Source: Antedon mediterranea (taxonomy: Eukaryota; Animalia; Echinodermata). Taken from it: a DNA stretch of 64,000 nt. Of this stretch, positions 41,169-53,890 are shown piece after piece (position 1 is the first letter of the stretch; each line of letters begins with the position of its first letter). The notes under the pieces are model-generated. The model had not been told where the DNA came from, ran no database searches, and saw nothing but the letters and a program-made list of their open reading frames with translations. Position numbers and translations under genes: made by a program. The stretch is taken from assembly GCF_964355755.1 (NCBI RefSeq), contig NC_092671.1, positions 11,160,001 to 11,224,000 on the forward strand, in the 5' to 3' direction.

Positions 41169-42552
41169 TTTTCTAATAAGAAAAAATAAAATGTATTAAA
41201 ATGAAATGTTGTACTACTGTACGTCCTGTTGGTACAGTATCTTCAATTCACGACATGGGAAAGTGACTACCCAGTCGTACACGCTCATAGGTTCATGAGC
41301 ATGCACAGAATGACTTTTGTACATGACAGGGCAATAGCGAAACAAAGAATTACAAGAATTAAACCACAAGTTGCTAATGAAACATGTACAAAGATACTGT
41401 AGAAAATGAAAATATTCTGTGAACAGTTAGGATAAGAATTAAATTTAAACACAAAATGGTATTTCTACAAATGTAACTTTATTTTTATTCTACGAGAACT
41501 GTGTTGACAAACGTCATTCTTCACACAATGCAACTGAAGGAATTGTAAAATGTAAATTCAGATCAATAATAACTGCTTTAAGTACCTTGTTTTAGAGCTA
41601 AAAATAGCAGAGCATTAAGTTATTTTATTTTATTGTTTCAATAAAATCAATTAAAAAAGAATGCTTAATTATCAGTTAGGCTATACAGAACCTCATCAGG
41701 TGCATTTAAAGTTCAGTTCTTCACTATACAACAATATAATTTCAGGATTTGAAAGGTTTGAAAGGTGTCAAAGGACCAATAATAATGATTTATGTAATCG
41801 CAGCATGCGACAAGATAAAGAATAAAGTTACAATAATACTAATCCTTTTGTGACATAAACTTGTGATGTTTACTTTTAGTTGTTAAAACCTTCTCTTGAG
41901 AGACAAAAGCCGGTCATAATCCAATGGTTTTAATGCCGTTACTGGCCATTAACTATACTCTATACAAAATAATTGAAACTATAAACTATCATTAGGTTTG
42001 AAGAAAAACAATTTATTGACCGGGTGGGATACCGTACATTGGGAAGGATAAACATGCTTCAGCAAGTTCAGTATCATTTTACTTGTTAACTTGCAAAGAA
42101 CAAAGCAAAAAAAAAAAACTGTAAAGCCCTTTATTTTCGCGCACCCTCTATTTTCGCGATTGAACAACGATTGCAAAAATAAAGCGCCTAGCGAAAATCA
42201 CAAAATTCTCAACCAAATCACAACAATAAAAGGTCGCGAAATAGTTGGAAATTTAAAACCGCGACCTTTTATTCCGCGTGAAAATAAAGGGCTTTACACA
42301 GTATATTTCCAAGAAACATCAATTTTATAGAAAATATCTTAGATCTTCAATGATTATTTTAATCACGTCGGATAGTGTACCGAATAATATTAAACTTACT
42401 TTAAACCATCATTAAAATAATCTGAATGTAAATTGCAATGTATTATTATGTAAAATACTCTAAAGAGGTTATTCACCATGCAAAAAGTATTAAAATTGAT
42501 CCCTTATTTTCTTTGTTTAGAATCAAAATACACATAGCTGATTCAATTAATA

Positions 42553-42579
42553 CATGGAGAAATAAGTTATTTCTCCATG
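42553..42579. mobile_element. 27-bp palindromic insertion with 7-bp TSD (P-element-like footprint)
   Basis: ATTAATA-CATGGAGAAATAA-G-TTATTTCTCCATG-ATTAATA. Confidence 0.7.
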
Positions 42580-43588
42580 ATTAATATAAACAAAATGTAC
42601 TGTACACTGTACTGTACAGTACTTGGTTTGATTAAACCATTATGATTTTTCAAAATAAAATATAGTACATACAGTATACTGCATTTGACTTATGTACAGT
42701 ACTACAGTACTCTCTTCTTCCACACCTAGCTTGCACTATATACTGCATTTGACTTCTGTACAGTACAACAGTACTCTCTTCTTCCACACCTAGCTAGTAC
42801 ACTATACTGCATTTGACTTCTGTACAGTACTACAGTACTCTCTTCTTCCACACCTAGCTAGTACACTATACTGCATTTGACTTCTGTACAGTACAACAGG
42901 GTCATTCCATCTCAGTTCACCCAAAAAAAATGGAATTTTAAACCCTACCTCTTCCAATTTTGATGAAATTTGGTATATGGGTGATTCATAGCAATTAAAG
43001 CCAAAATTTCAAATTTTAACTTTATTGGACCAACGGTTTTCAAGATATCGCAATTTCAATTTTCGGTTTTTACGCAAAAAAGCGCGCGGCCGCCACGTTT
43101 CAAAGAGCTGTATCTCTGGAACTATAGGTTCGATTTTAAAAACAAAGGTATTTTTGTAAAGGGGAGACCATAAGGAACCTAAATATACTAATTGTGTGTG
43201 TTTTATGTTAATTTTAAGTTGAATAAAACTTTGACATATATTTTGACCTTGAAATTGACCCCGTGGAACACGCCCGATTTGTTGGTGACTATCACGAAAA
43301 ATGTAGCCCTACGTGTCAACTACAACATATAAAAAAATTGGAGGGGTTTTTTTCTTTGTTTCCATGAAATTACAATTTGAAGTTGACATACCTCTTCCTT
43401 TTAGTGTATTTTTGGTGTTGTTATACTTATACACAGTGTGAACACTAACTGTTAAGGTGTCTTATTGTTACGCTTTCTCATCAGGCCCACTTAAACAGTA
43501 GATATATTTTGATATGAGAAATACTGGGTAACTCAAATACTTTTCAAATCAATTTTGACACATAGTTTAGTGTCCTTACTATGTTATT

Positions 43589-44864
43589 ATGCACATTAAC
43601 ATATGCATAATAAGTGATTGCAGAGAACATACAACAGTCACTGTATATGCCTTTTTAAAGGTTGCCATCCCCTATATAAAAACAAAACTACCAACCATGA
43701 AAAAAGTTCATTATTCACAGATGGATGTGGCGGCCAATACAAAAACAAATATAACTTTATTAACCTTTGCCACCACCAGGAAGATTTTGGTTTAGACGCC
43801 GAGTGGAATTTTTTCGCTACATCACATGGCAAGAGTGCGTTTGATGGCATAGGTGGAACAGTTAAGAGGCTTGTCACTAAGAGAAGCTTACAGCGTTTGA
43901 CTGAATGTCATATTATCACATCTCTCAGTATGTTCGACTACTGTGTAATTTTTTATTTTTATTTTATGTCTTTAGGCAATGTGGCCAAGGATTATCAATG
44001 GTGAATTAATCACTGTCCTATCAGATAGGTGGTAATCCCCCTGATACAGGGGCTATTGTGTGAACCAGTTCACCGGGGTAACCCCCTACTCTTTTTCGAA
44101 TAATGAACTGGGTTCTTTAAAGTACACACATGTTATAACTGTGTACACTGGACCTACGGTTTATAGTCCTTATCCGAGAAGACTTGTTCCACCACCAGAA
44201 CGGAGCGAGTCGGCCTCGAACCCTTGCCGATGTTGTTGTTGGCTCTTTTAGGTACGGTAAACGGCGCCCCTGCCTTAACCGCTCGGCCATATGACTCGCT
44301 CATATGGACATTCCAGGCATCAACTTTTTTCATGTGGGAATAGATGAGGTATCTACTGTGGAAAAAGAAATAAAGCCGAGATTCAACCTCGCCCAGACCA
44401 TCAAGGGTACATTACAATATCATCGCTTTGTTCCCGTTTCTCTGGCACAGATGCAGGTCTACAAACTTAGTACCCAGATAAACCCTCCGGATGTGGTAGT
44501 GATTCAAGAATCTTTCAGTGATGAAAATGAAATTGTTGCTGATACACAACCCACCATTATTAGAATTCAGAATTTTGTGTGCTGTAGTTATGATGGTGTC
44601 CCATGGATTGGTTTGGTGGTGGATGTCTCACTCTCAGAAGAGTTTGGGGATTTTCAAATTAAATTTATGCATCCTCATGGGTCAGCGAAAACCTTTTATT
44701 GGCCGTCCAAAGAAGACTGTTGTTGGATTCCTGAATCAAATGTACATTGTATTATAGCCTCTCCGTTTATAAAATCCTCTTCGACTAGGAATTACAGTAT
44801 TTCCCAAAATGATCGCCACAACATTTCTAAATACTGTTTGAATTGTCCAGATGACAAGGAGTAA
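43589..44864 (+). pseudogene. Disrupted DDD transposase, C-terminal part
   Basis: N-terminus missing, frameshift near 43715 (KKVHY/FTDG), SINE insertion between ...MFDYCV and MDIPGINFF..., then a C-terminal YDGVPWIGLV...KFMHPHG...FYWP domain. Confidence 0.85.
43949..44301 (-). mobile_element. tRNA-derived SINE with Deu/Nin domain
   Basis: Minus strand: A box TGGCCGAGCGGTTAAGG, B box GGTTCGAGGCC, central TCGGATAAGGACTATAAACCG...TAAAGAACCCA...ATTCGAAAAAGAGTAGGGG...CCCCGGTG resembling the AmnSINE1/DeuSINE conserved domain, A-rich tail. Confidence 0.8.
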
Positions 44865-47800
44865 AGGCCAGACATAGACAATTGTAACATTATAATAATA
44901 TTTAGTTTGTAAATAAAATTAATTTTGGAATACATCAAATTGACATTGAAGTAATGTATGGACAGACACCAAAAATACACTAAAAGGAAGATGTATGTCA
45001 ACTTCAAATTGTAATTTCATGGAAACAAAGAAAAAAACCCCTCCAATTTTTTTATATGTTGTAGTTGACACGTAGGGCTACATTTTTCATGATAGTCACC
45101 AACAAAACGGGCGTGTTCCACGGGGGAAATTTCAAGGTCAAAATACATGTCAAAGTTTTATTCAACTTAAAATTAACATAAAACACACACAATTAGTATA
45201 TTTAGATTCCTTATGGTCTCCCCTTTACAAAAATACCTTTGCTTTTAAAATCGAACCTATAGTTCCCGAGATACAGCTCTTTGAAACGTGGCGGACGCGC
45301 CCTTTTTTGCGTAAAAACCGAAAATTGAAATTGCGATATCTTGAAAACCGTTGGTCCAATAAAGTTAAAATTTGAAATTTTGGCTTTAATTGCTATGAAT
45401 TACCCATATACCAAATTTCATCAAAATTGGAAGAGGTAGGGTTTAACTCATTGGGTGATCTGAGATGGAATGACCCAACAGTACTCTCTTCTTCCACACC
45501 TAGCTTGTACACTATACTGCATTTGGCTTATGTACAGTACTACAGTACTCTCTTCTTCCACACCTAGCTTGTACTATATACTGCATTTGACTTCTGTACA
45601 GTACAACAGTACTCTCTTCTTCCACACCTAGCTAGTACACTATACTGCATTTGACTTCTGTACAGTACTACAGTACTCTTTTCTTCCACACCTAGCTAGT
45701 ACACTATACTGCATTTGACTTCTGTACAGTACTACAGTACTCTCTTCTTCCACACCTAGCTTGTACACTATACTGCATTTGGCTTATGTACAGTACTACA
45801 GTACTCTCTTCTTCCACACCTAGCTTGTACTAATACTGCATTTGACTTCTGTACAGTACTACAGTACTCTCTTCTTCCATACCTAGCTTGTACTATATAC
45901 TGCATTTGACTTCTGTACAGTACAACAGTACTCTCTTCTTCCACACCTAGCTTGTAGTGTACTATATACTGTATTTGACTTCTGTACAGTACAACAGTAC
46001 TCTCTTCTTCCACACCTAGCTTGTACTATATACTGCATTTGACTTCTGTACAGTACAACAGTACTCTCTTCTTCCACACCTAGCTTGTACTATATACTGC
46101 ATTTGACTTCTGTACAGTACAACAGTACTCTCTTCTTCCACACCTAGCTTGTACTAAGACTGCATTTGACTTATGTACAGTACAACAGTACTCTCTTCTT
46201 CCACACCTAGCTTGTACTAATACTGCATTTGACTTCTGTACAGTACAACAGTACTCTCTTCTGCCACACCTAGCTTATACTATATACTGCATTTGACTTC
46301 TGTACAGTACAACAGTACTCTCTTCTTCCACACCTAGCTTGTACTATATACTGCATTTGACTTATGTACAGTACAACAGTACTCTCTTCTTCCACACCTA
46401 GCTTGTAGTGTACTGTATTTGACTTCTGTACAGTACAACAGTACTCTCTTCTTCCACACCTAGCTTGTACTATATACTGCATTTGACTTATGTACAGTAC
46501 AACAGTACATCTTCTTCCACACCTAGCTTGTAGTGTACTATATACTGTATTTGACTTCTGTACAGTACAACAGTACTCTCTTCTTCCACACCTAGCTTGT
46601 ACTATATACTGCATTTGACTTCTGTACAGTACAACAGTACTCTCTTCTTCCACACCTAGCTTGTACTATATACTGCATTTGACTTATGTACAGTACAACA
46701 GTACTCTCTTCTGCCACACCTAGCTTGTACTATATACTGCATTTGACTTATGTACAGTACAACAGTACTCTCTTCTTCCACACCTAGCTTGTAGTGTACT
46801 ATATACTGCATTTGACTTATGTACAGTACAACAGTACTCTCTTCTTCCCCACCTAGCTTGTACTATATACTGCATTTGACTTCTGTACAGTACAACAGTA
46901 CTCTCTTCTTCCACACCTAGCTTGTACTATATACTGTATTTGACTTATGTACAGTACAACAGTACTCTCTTCTTCCCCACCTAGCTTGTACTATATACTG
47001 CATTTGACTTATGTACAGTACAACAGTACTCTCTTCTTCCACACCTAGCTTGTACTATACTGCATTTGACTTCTGTACAGTACTTCAGTACTCTCTTCTT
47101 CCACACCTAGCTTGTACTATATACTGCATTTGACTTATGTACAGTACTACAGTACTCTCTTCTTCCACACCTAGCTTGTACAATATACTGCATTTGACTT
47201 CTGTACAGTACAACAGTACTCTCTTCTTCCACACCTAGCTTGTACAATATACTGCATTTGACTTATGTACAGTACAACAGTACTCTCTTCTGCCACACCT
47301 AGCTTGTACTATATACTGCATTTGACTTATGTACAGTACAACAGTACTCTCTTCTTCCCCACCTAGCTTGTACTATATACTGCATTTGACTTATGTACAG
47401 TACAACAGTACTCTCTTCTGCCACACCTAGCTTATACTATATACTGCATTTGACTTATGTACAGTACAACAGTACTCTCTTCTTCCACACCTAGCTTGTA
47501 CTATATACTGCATTTGACTTATGTACAGTACAACAGTACTCTCTTCTTCCACACCTAGCTTGTAAAATATACTGCATTTGACTTCTGTACAGTACAACAG
47601 TACTCTCTTCTTCCACACCTAGCTTGTACAATATACTGCATTTGACTTATGTACAGTACAACAGTACTCTCTTCTGCCACACCTAGCTTGTACTATATAC
47701 TGCATTTGACTTCCGTACAGTACAACAGTACTCTCTTCTTCCACACCTAGCTTGTACTATATACTGCATTTGACTTCTGTACAGTACAACAGTACTCTCT

Positions 47801-47966
47801 TCTTCCACACCTAGCTTGTACTATATACTGCATTTGACTTATTTACAGTACTTCAGTACTCTCTTCTTCCACACCTAGCTTGTACTATATACTGCATTTG
47901 ACTTCTGTACAGTACAACAGTACTCTCTTCTTCCACACCTAGCTTGTACTATATACTGTATTTGAC

Positions 47967-47984
47967 CATGGAGGTACCTCCATG
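47967..47984. mobile_element. 18-bp palindromic insertion with 7-bp TSD (P-element-like footprint)
   Basis: ATTTGAC-CATGGAGGTACCTCCATG-ATTTGAC; neighbouring satellite units show the empty site with a single ATTTGAC. Confidence 0.8.
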
Positions 47985-48657
47985 ATTTGACTTATGTACA
48001 GTACAACAGTACTCTCTTCTTCCACACCTAGCTTGTACAATATACTGCGTTTGACTTATCTACAGTACAACAGTACATCTTCTGCCACACCTAGCTTGTA
48101 CTATATACTGCATTTGACTTCTGTACAGTAAACAGTACTCTCTTCTTCCACACTTAGCTTGTACTATATACTGCATTTGACTTATGTACAGTACAACAGT
48201 ACTCTCTTCTTCCACACCTAGCTAGTACACTATACTGCGTTTTTCATTTGTTTACAAATGATGCCATACAATTTACTCATTTTTTGCAGATGTTTACAAC
48301 TGTTAATTGGATGACTAACACGGTGGCGGCATAATGTAGGCTGCTTATGTTTGGTAAGACGAGTTTTGTACAGAGATGGATTGCAATTAATAAAGCAAAC
48401 TATACATGGCTTTAGCAGTCTTTTTTTGTTGTCTTTAGGAAGGACTATTGCTATATCATGTAGTGGTCACTACAGTACAAATCCTCACATTTAAAATAAA
48501 TGTGTTAAGCCAAAAAAATTGACCACTCCTTAATTATTATAATGTTGTTTGAAATGATGAGAATACAGTATGTTATACACAAGGCAGTATGGTAGACATC
48601 ATGTGCGAGTAATCTGGCTAATCAATAATCTTGAAACCAATAATCAATCACATCAAT

Positions 48658-50043
48658 CATGGATTAAAGAATAGAAGGATATGCATCGACGTGGGATCAA
48701 GGGTTCCTTGACTCTCGCCGACAGACCGCGGACCGCCCACAATGTTATCAGTTTAATTAACCGCATGGTAACAACGAAACGGTCGCGTGCCTAATATATT
48801 GTTTACTGCACAAGTGCAACGACATATAACCTTGTTGGCTACACTTCTTTCGCGCGTTCTTTGGTGGTGGCATGATGTTTTAGCGCTAGCAACAATGGCG
48901 ACGAACAATTTATACGACGACGAATTTAGTTATAACCCCCGTTATAACCTTTCTGATGAGGAATTGTAGATGCTATTATTGTAATTAGTATAGGTTTCTG
49001 CCGCGATTGATCTATGCTAATGTTTTTATGACATTAAAGTAGCATTTTATGACCTGTAGTAGCCCTACATCTGAGACAATAACTATTTTTGCTGTCTCAG
49101 CCTACATGTAAAATTACAAAATCAGCAAGGATACTTGGCCTAGGCCTTCTAGGCTTACAAGTAAACCATATGATTTGCCGACATTGATACTGCCTAGGTA
49201 GGCCTAGGCTAATCTTAAGTGTAGTAGATACAACGTGTAATCATGATCTATATACTCACCGTTGTCTTACTTCTTCTGTGAATAATAATAGGTACTTCGT
49301 CTGTTCGTGATTAAGTTTGCCCTGCGTGTACTTTTCAAAACGACCGCTAGGTAACGAATCGCAACTATACATAGCCAGCCAATCCCGGATCAGGGATTGC
49401 TGTTTTCATTCAATTAGACCCGGTGATTGGATGTGATGTGGATGACATAACCACTAGCCAATCACCAGGCACTACAATTTAAATATAATCACATCGATAA
49501 TTAAGGAGATTTATGAAGAAACCACTGCTTAGCCATAATATTAAAAACACGATTGTTGTATGGGTGAACACCGGCCACGCTAACAACATACATGGTCAAA
49601 TGCATAATTTAATATTCTATAGATTAACACAATTTTTAATGACAGAAGATGACCGGCAAATAATAATAATTCAAATATAAAAATTGCATATTTTATTAAT
49701 ATTACCAACTACTTAAAATTACCAGTCGTAAGAAAGTGAACTTTTCGTAGTCCGATTGTGATGAAACTAAAACAGAATTATTCAGCAATATATTTTTGTT
49801 GTCAATTACTCATCGACGCAGACATGTCAATAGAACATTCAGACTACGCATACGATTTCTACATGGTTACGTTTTGGTCTAAAAACAGTTGATTCGCAGC
49901 GTTTTACAGAGGGCCGCGGTTAGAGACACGGAGTTCAATGAGTGTGTTTGTTTGATTGGCAGCAGTGCTTTAGTATAGGCAAGCGCGTTGTAAAATCGTT
50001 TGATGTCACTGTCGATGCATATCCTTCTATTCTTTAATCCATG
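48658..50043. mobile_element. Non-autonomous TIR element, P-superfamily-like, 1386 bp
   Basis: Perfect 33-bp TIRs CATGGATTAAAGAATAGAAGGATATGCATCGAC (48658-48690 / 50011-50043); 7-bp TSD CATCAAT; no transposase ORF. Confidence 0.85.
49254..49465 (-). promoter_or_regulatory. CCAAT-box cluster and first-exon-like segment inside the TIR element
   Basis: CCAAT 49379-49383, ATTGG 49426-49430, CCAAT 49458-49462; minus-strand G/GTGAGT donor at 49259-49254. Confidence 0.45.
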
Positions 50044-52408
50044 CATCAATCAATACTTTGAAATTGTTTGAACAGTGCAATAATTATCTGGAGGATTTTA
50101 ATTCTCTTGGCAATGATACAATTAAGATTTGGAATAGAAAACACAGTTCATTGTTTCAAAAAATGAATACAAATTTATCAAAATGACTTAGAAGTGAAAT
50201 TAGCCAAATTGATCTAATGAATATTCATGATTTCATAACTGGTGATTTATCCAGCGGCAAGATGATCATTAAGTGGATTATGGGTAAATTACCTGTTGTT
50301 CACTGACTTAGGTGAACTGTATTTTGTAAGGTAAACCATGTTTTAAAAAGTTAAATTTCTGCATGTCTAGGGTAATACTGTATATGTTTTAACATTAAGC
50401 CCGACCTCTATTCAAGCACAATTCAATCAAGGGACCAGTGTTGGATTCCAAAGGTGTCCCTTTAATAGTATAAGTTGAAAGGAATGGTCATTTTGGGCTT
50501 TTTTAGTCATTTGCATCAATAAGCATCATTTTTTTAAATGTTTATTTACTGCAGCCATAGCGTCAATATTCAAGATACATACATACTGTATAGTGTATAG
50601 ATATACTCTTACAGACTGTGACAATAGAATATGCAGCTTCAACAATAACATTCATTTTTAAATCGCTGTCTGCAGCATCAATAGAATCTGATCTGCGTTG
50701 TCACTGATGTATCATTATTACAATAATAATCATTATATGCTTTCCATAATTTCCGTTTAGTAAAGGAGAATATGAATGCATAATGTGCATTGAAATAATA
50801 GGATTGAGTGCACGTGAGAAAAGAAACATACTTAATAATAAATCACATTTTTCAAATAGAGCAATAACATGTTGTTGTAATATTAGGAAATGTCTATATA
50901 CTACATTGTTATATTTATATTTTTGTGAATGGAATAATTTTTGCCTTTGGCTACTTTTTGTATTTTGTGTATACCCAAATATTAAAATAACATTGTATGT
51001 TGTGTTGTGTCAACATGAACATTCCATTTATTCCAATATTTGTTATCAAATCTTTACTAAAATAGTATAATTATCAAGCACCATTTTTCTTTTTTTATTT
51101 AAATTAACTACAGAAATACCAGTATCTATCAGATGTGATTCATTTGTTATTGCATATCAAGACAGATACTATTTATACTGAATTTAAAATGGTCAGAATG
51201 TCCGGCTGTAAAATAGTTAACTGTAAACTGCAAAAAACAACATGTGATAATACAGCAGTACACCCATAGCTTTAATAGGATATGAATATTTCTACTCAGC
51301 ATCAACTACAAACTTTATAAATCATTCATCCTCAAAGTCATATCCTGCCATACCCTCTTAGGCCTAGTAATTTACAGTCTGTAGTTTTGAAAAAATTAAT
51401 ATTGTATACTGTAGATCACAATTTAATTTGACAGAATCCCAGTTCTACAAACATGACCAATATGAGTCTATTGGTAACAGTTAACTAAATTTATAATTTC
51501 TCCCATTGTTTAGTTACATACACTTGAATGTTTGTAGAATGAATACACCTGAAATTGAATGTGAACGTGAAAATGAGCAAATTGATAGTATAGCATCAAC
51601 AAAACAAACCCTCATCATCACAAAAGACAAATTTCTTTGTTTACTCTCAAAGTAGTATACTTTAAATCATATACTGTTGCCCACACACAAACTGTCATTA
51701 CAATGATAGGGAGCTTTAGTAATTATTATAATTTTTAACTATTTTTTTTGTATACACGGTTTAGAAAAGTGAGTAAGGTGTTAAATTCAACAACACCCTA
51801 CACACTTTAATGGATTTCTTTCAGAATAATATGCATGAATGAATATGTAATCATAATTATACTTTGAATTGGTTTACACATGATGAATACCATTGAACAA
51901 ACAGTGCATTCAAAAGAAACAAATTTGGGAGATGTACCTTGTTTATACCCTTACAAAACCAACTGATAGTATACATTACAATAACTCTTTGAAATGAATT
52001 GTACAGTATTACGGCAAGAACATACACTGTTACAAACTAAATTATCAAATCAATAACTTTAAAATATATACCGTATATGATCAATGTGTTTTGGGAGTTT
52101 TTTGTTACCTCACTGTCCAGTTGGTATCTTTCGTTTATCCCCCCTCCACCCAACAACATTTTTGTTAAGTGAAAGAGATAATTTAGAGGGTTAAATTCAA
52201 TTTATTTAGGGCTTAGTTATGTTGGTACCTCTAGAACTACAAACAGTATACACAGGTAATGAGGGTATTGGACATTGCTTCAGGTATGGATGATGCAGGG
52301 GGTTTTGGTTTGAGCTTGGGAATGATGTAATATAATTACTTTTTGATACCTGTATATATTTTATACCTTTGTGCTTTGTCAACTAAATACTGTATATTAA
52401 GGTAGGGC

Positions 52409-52720
52409 GCAATTTTTTTGTTCGTACATAAGTTGGGGACCGAACTACTTCCTAAATATAACTAAACCTACTGTAACCCTCTAAATAATCTCCCTTCCTA
52501 TAAAGTAATAAAGAAGTTGCTCATGGGATTCGAACCCCATACATCGACATGTAAAGTCCGTAGTGTAATCCATTCATTCGACTAAACAGACGGCTCAACA
52601 GAAATTGCGTGCATTTATAGTGAATTGTTCTTACATCACACCTTATGGATATGAATATTCATGTTTATTTTGTTTTGTTTCATGAGGGGTTCCCAACTTA
52701 TGTACGAAAAGAAAAATCGC
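52409..52720. mobile_element. MITE-like element with internal tRNA-like remnant
   Basis: Inverted ends TTCGTACATAAGTTGGG / CCCAACTTATGTACGAA; internal GGGATTCGAACCC (B box on the minus strand). Confidence 0.6.
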
Positions 52721-53747
52721 AGGCAGAGCTATGGCAACAATACAGAAAATGAATTTAAACCAACAAATCCGTAGAGTTATTTATAAATTCAAAATTGTGA
52801 CTAAACATAACAGTGTGACTGCAACCTCTCAATCAAAAGGTAAAGAGAACGTTAAGAAAACAGTTTGACAAAAGATTTTTTAACAATACACGGAAAATCC
52901 TCTGGAGAGAGTTTTTTTTAAATAAATAATTTTATACAAAAACATGTAGAGAATGCCTTTTGAAATCCTGTACTATAATAGTAGAAATAATTATTTTTAG
53001 AAAGAAGATAGAGTAACTGTGCTGTCATTAAAACCACACCTGAAACAAATTTAGTAGGCATAAATACATTTTTCACATTCAATTTGTGAGCACAATTTTA
53101 AAGCTAAGGTAATTCGATAATTTTTCAGGAATGCCGCTAGATAGCCTTTTGACCATAACATTTTTATTCATCCAAACAAAAATATTTATCACAACAAAAA
53201 TAAACCAATTTCCAACTGACATGGTAAACCATTTGGGTCGCGTAAATAAGCGCAAATACAAACTGCACATAAACATAAACTAATTAAATAAATTAATAAT
53301 TCTAATGTGGAACTGTAGTGTCTTGGTGTGATATACAACATTCCTCCTAAACGCATGATGTTAAATCTGCCTCCTGGCCACCATGCATGGAGCATGTGTG
53401 GCGTACTATGTGTTATGTGTGTCCAACTGGTTTTTGGTGTTCCATAGCATATAGACATTGTTTGTGGCCGACGATGTGGTATGGTGGCATGTGGCCGACC
53501 TGACCACACTCCAACGGCCTACAATTACGTTATCCTACTGACTGAGTACTTACTGTCTTGTCCTTGCAGATGAGATGTGAAAGTGATGTTGAAACCTAGC
53601 CAAGCCTACTATTACTAACTCTAGGTTACAGGTAGGCTAACTATAATAAGCCGGGCCTAGCTAGCTAGCTAGGGCCTAGCTAGGCCTATATACACATATG
53701 GTTTCGGTTGCCATTAAAATGAATCAAAAACTACGAAAAAGAAAATA

Positions 53748-53890
53748 ACTTACCATACGTCTAAAAATAAATAATCAGGGATCAATTGTATATATCGATA
53801 ATGGTATATACAAACTATATCTAATAACATGGAAAGTAAATTGATATACAATAAATCGAACCTTCTCAGTCAGTCCGTGTTTTTTGCATC
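53748..53890 (-). other. Candidate non-coding first exon of coronin
   Basis: Strong ATG/GTAAGT donor at 53753-53748 followed by a CTAG/AGGCCT-rich tract like those after other first exons here; the coronin ATG exon has an acceptor 4 nt upstream (AG at 41174-41173), so an upstream exon is expected. Confidence 0.4.

Larger units (their letters stand above)
42899..45476 (+). mobile_element. Sola2-type DNA transposon, internally deleted, non-autonomous
   Basis: About 0.5-kb TIRs (42899-43418 / 44966-45476) starting GGGTCATTCCATCTCAG; 4-bp TSD AACA; transposase remnant FTDGCGGQYKN...WNFFATSHGKSAFDGIGGTVKR. GRG termini, 4-bp TSD and long TIRs fit Sola2. Confidence 0.85.
42672..48240. repeat. 64-bp minisatellite array (42672-42898 and 45477-48240), split by a transposon
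   Basis: Unit CTAGCTTGTACTATATACTGCATTTGACTT(C/A)TGTACAGTACAACAGTACTCTCTTCTTCCACAC, roughly 45 copies. Confidence 0.97.

Noticed and set aside
45477-48240. CRISPR-like regular array and its repeated ORFs
   Set aside because: Units are contiguous with no unique spacers, no cas genes, eukaryotic context: a minisatellite.
52520-52590. Possible tRNA gene
   Set aside because: Only a B-box/T-arm remnant inside a TIR-bounded repeat; no complete cloverleaf.
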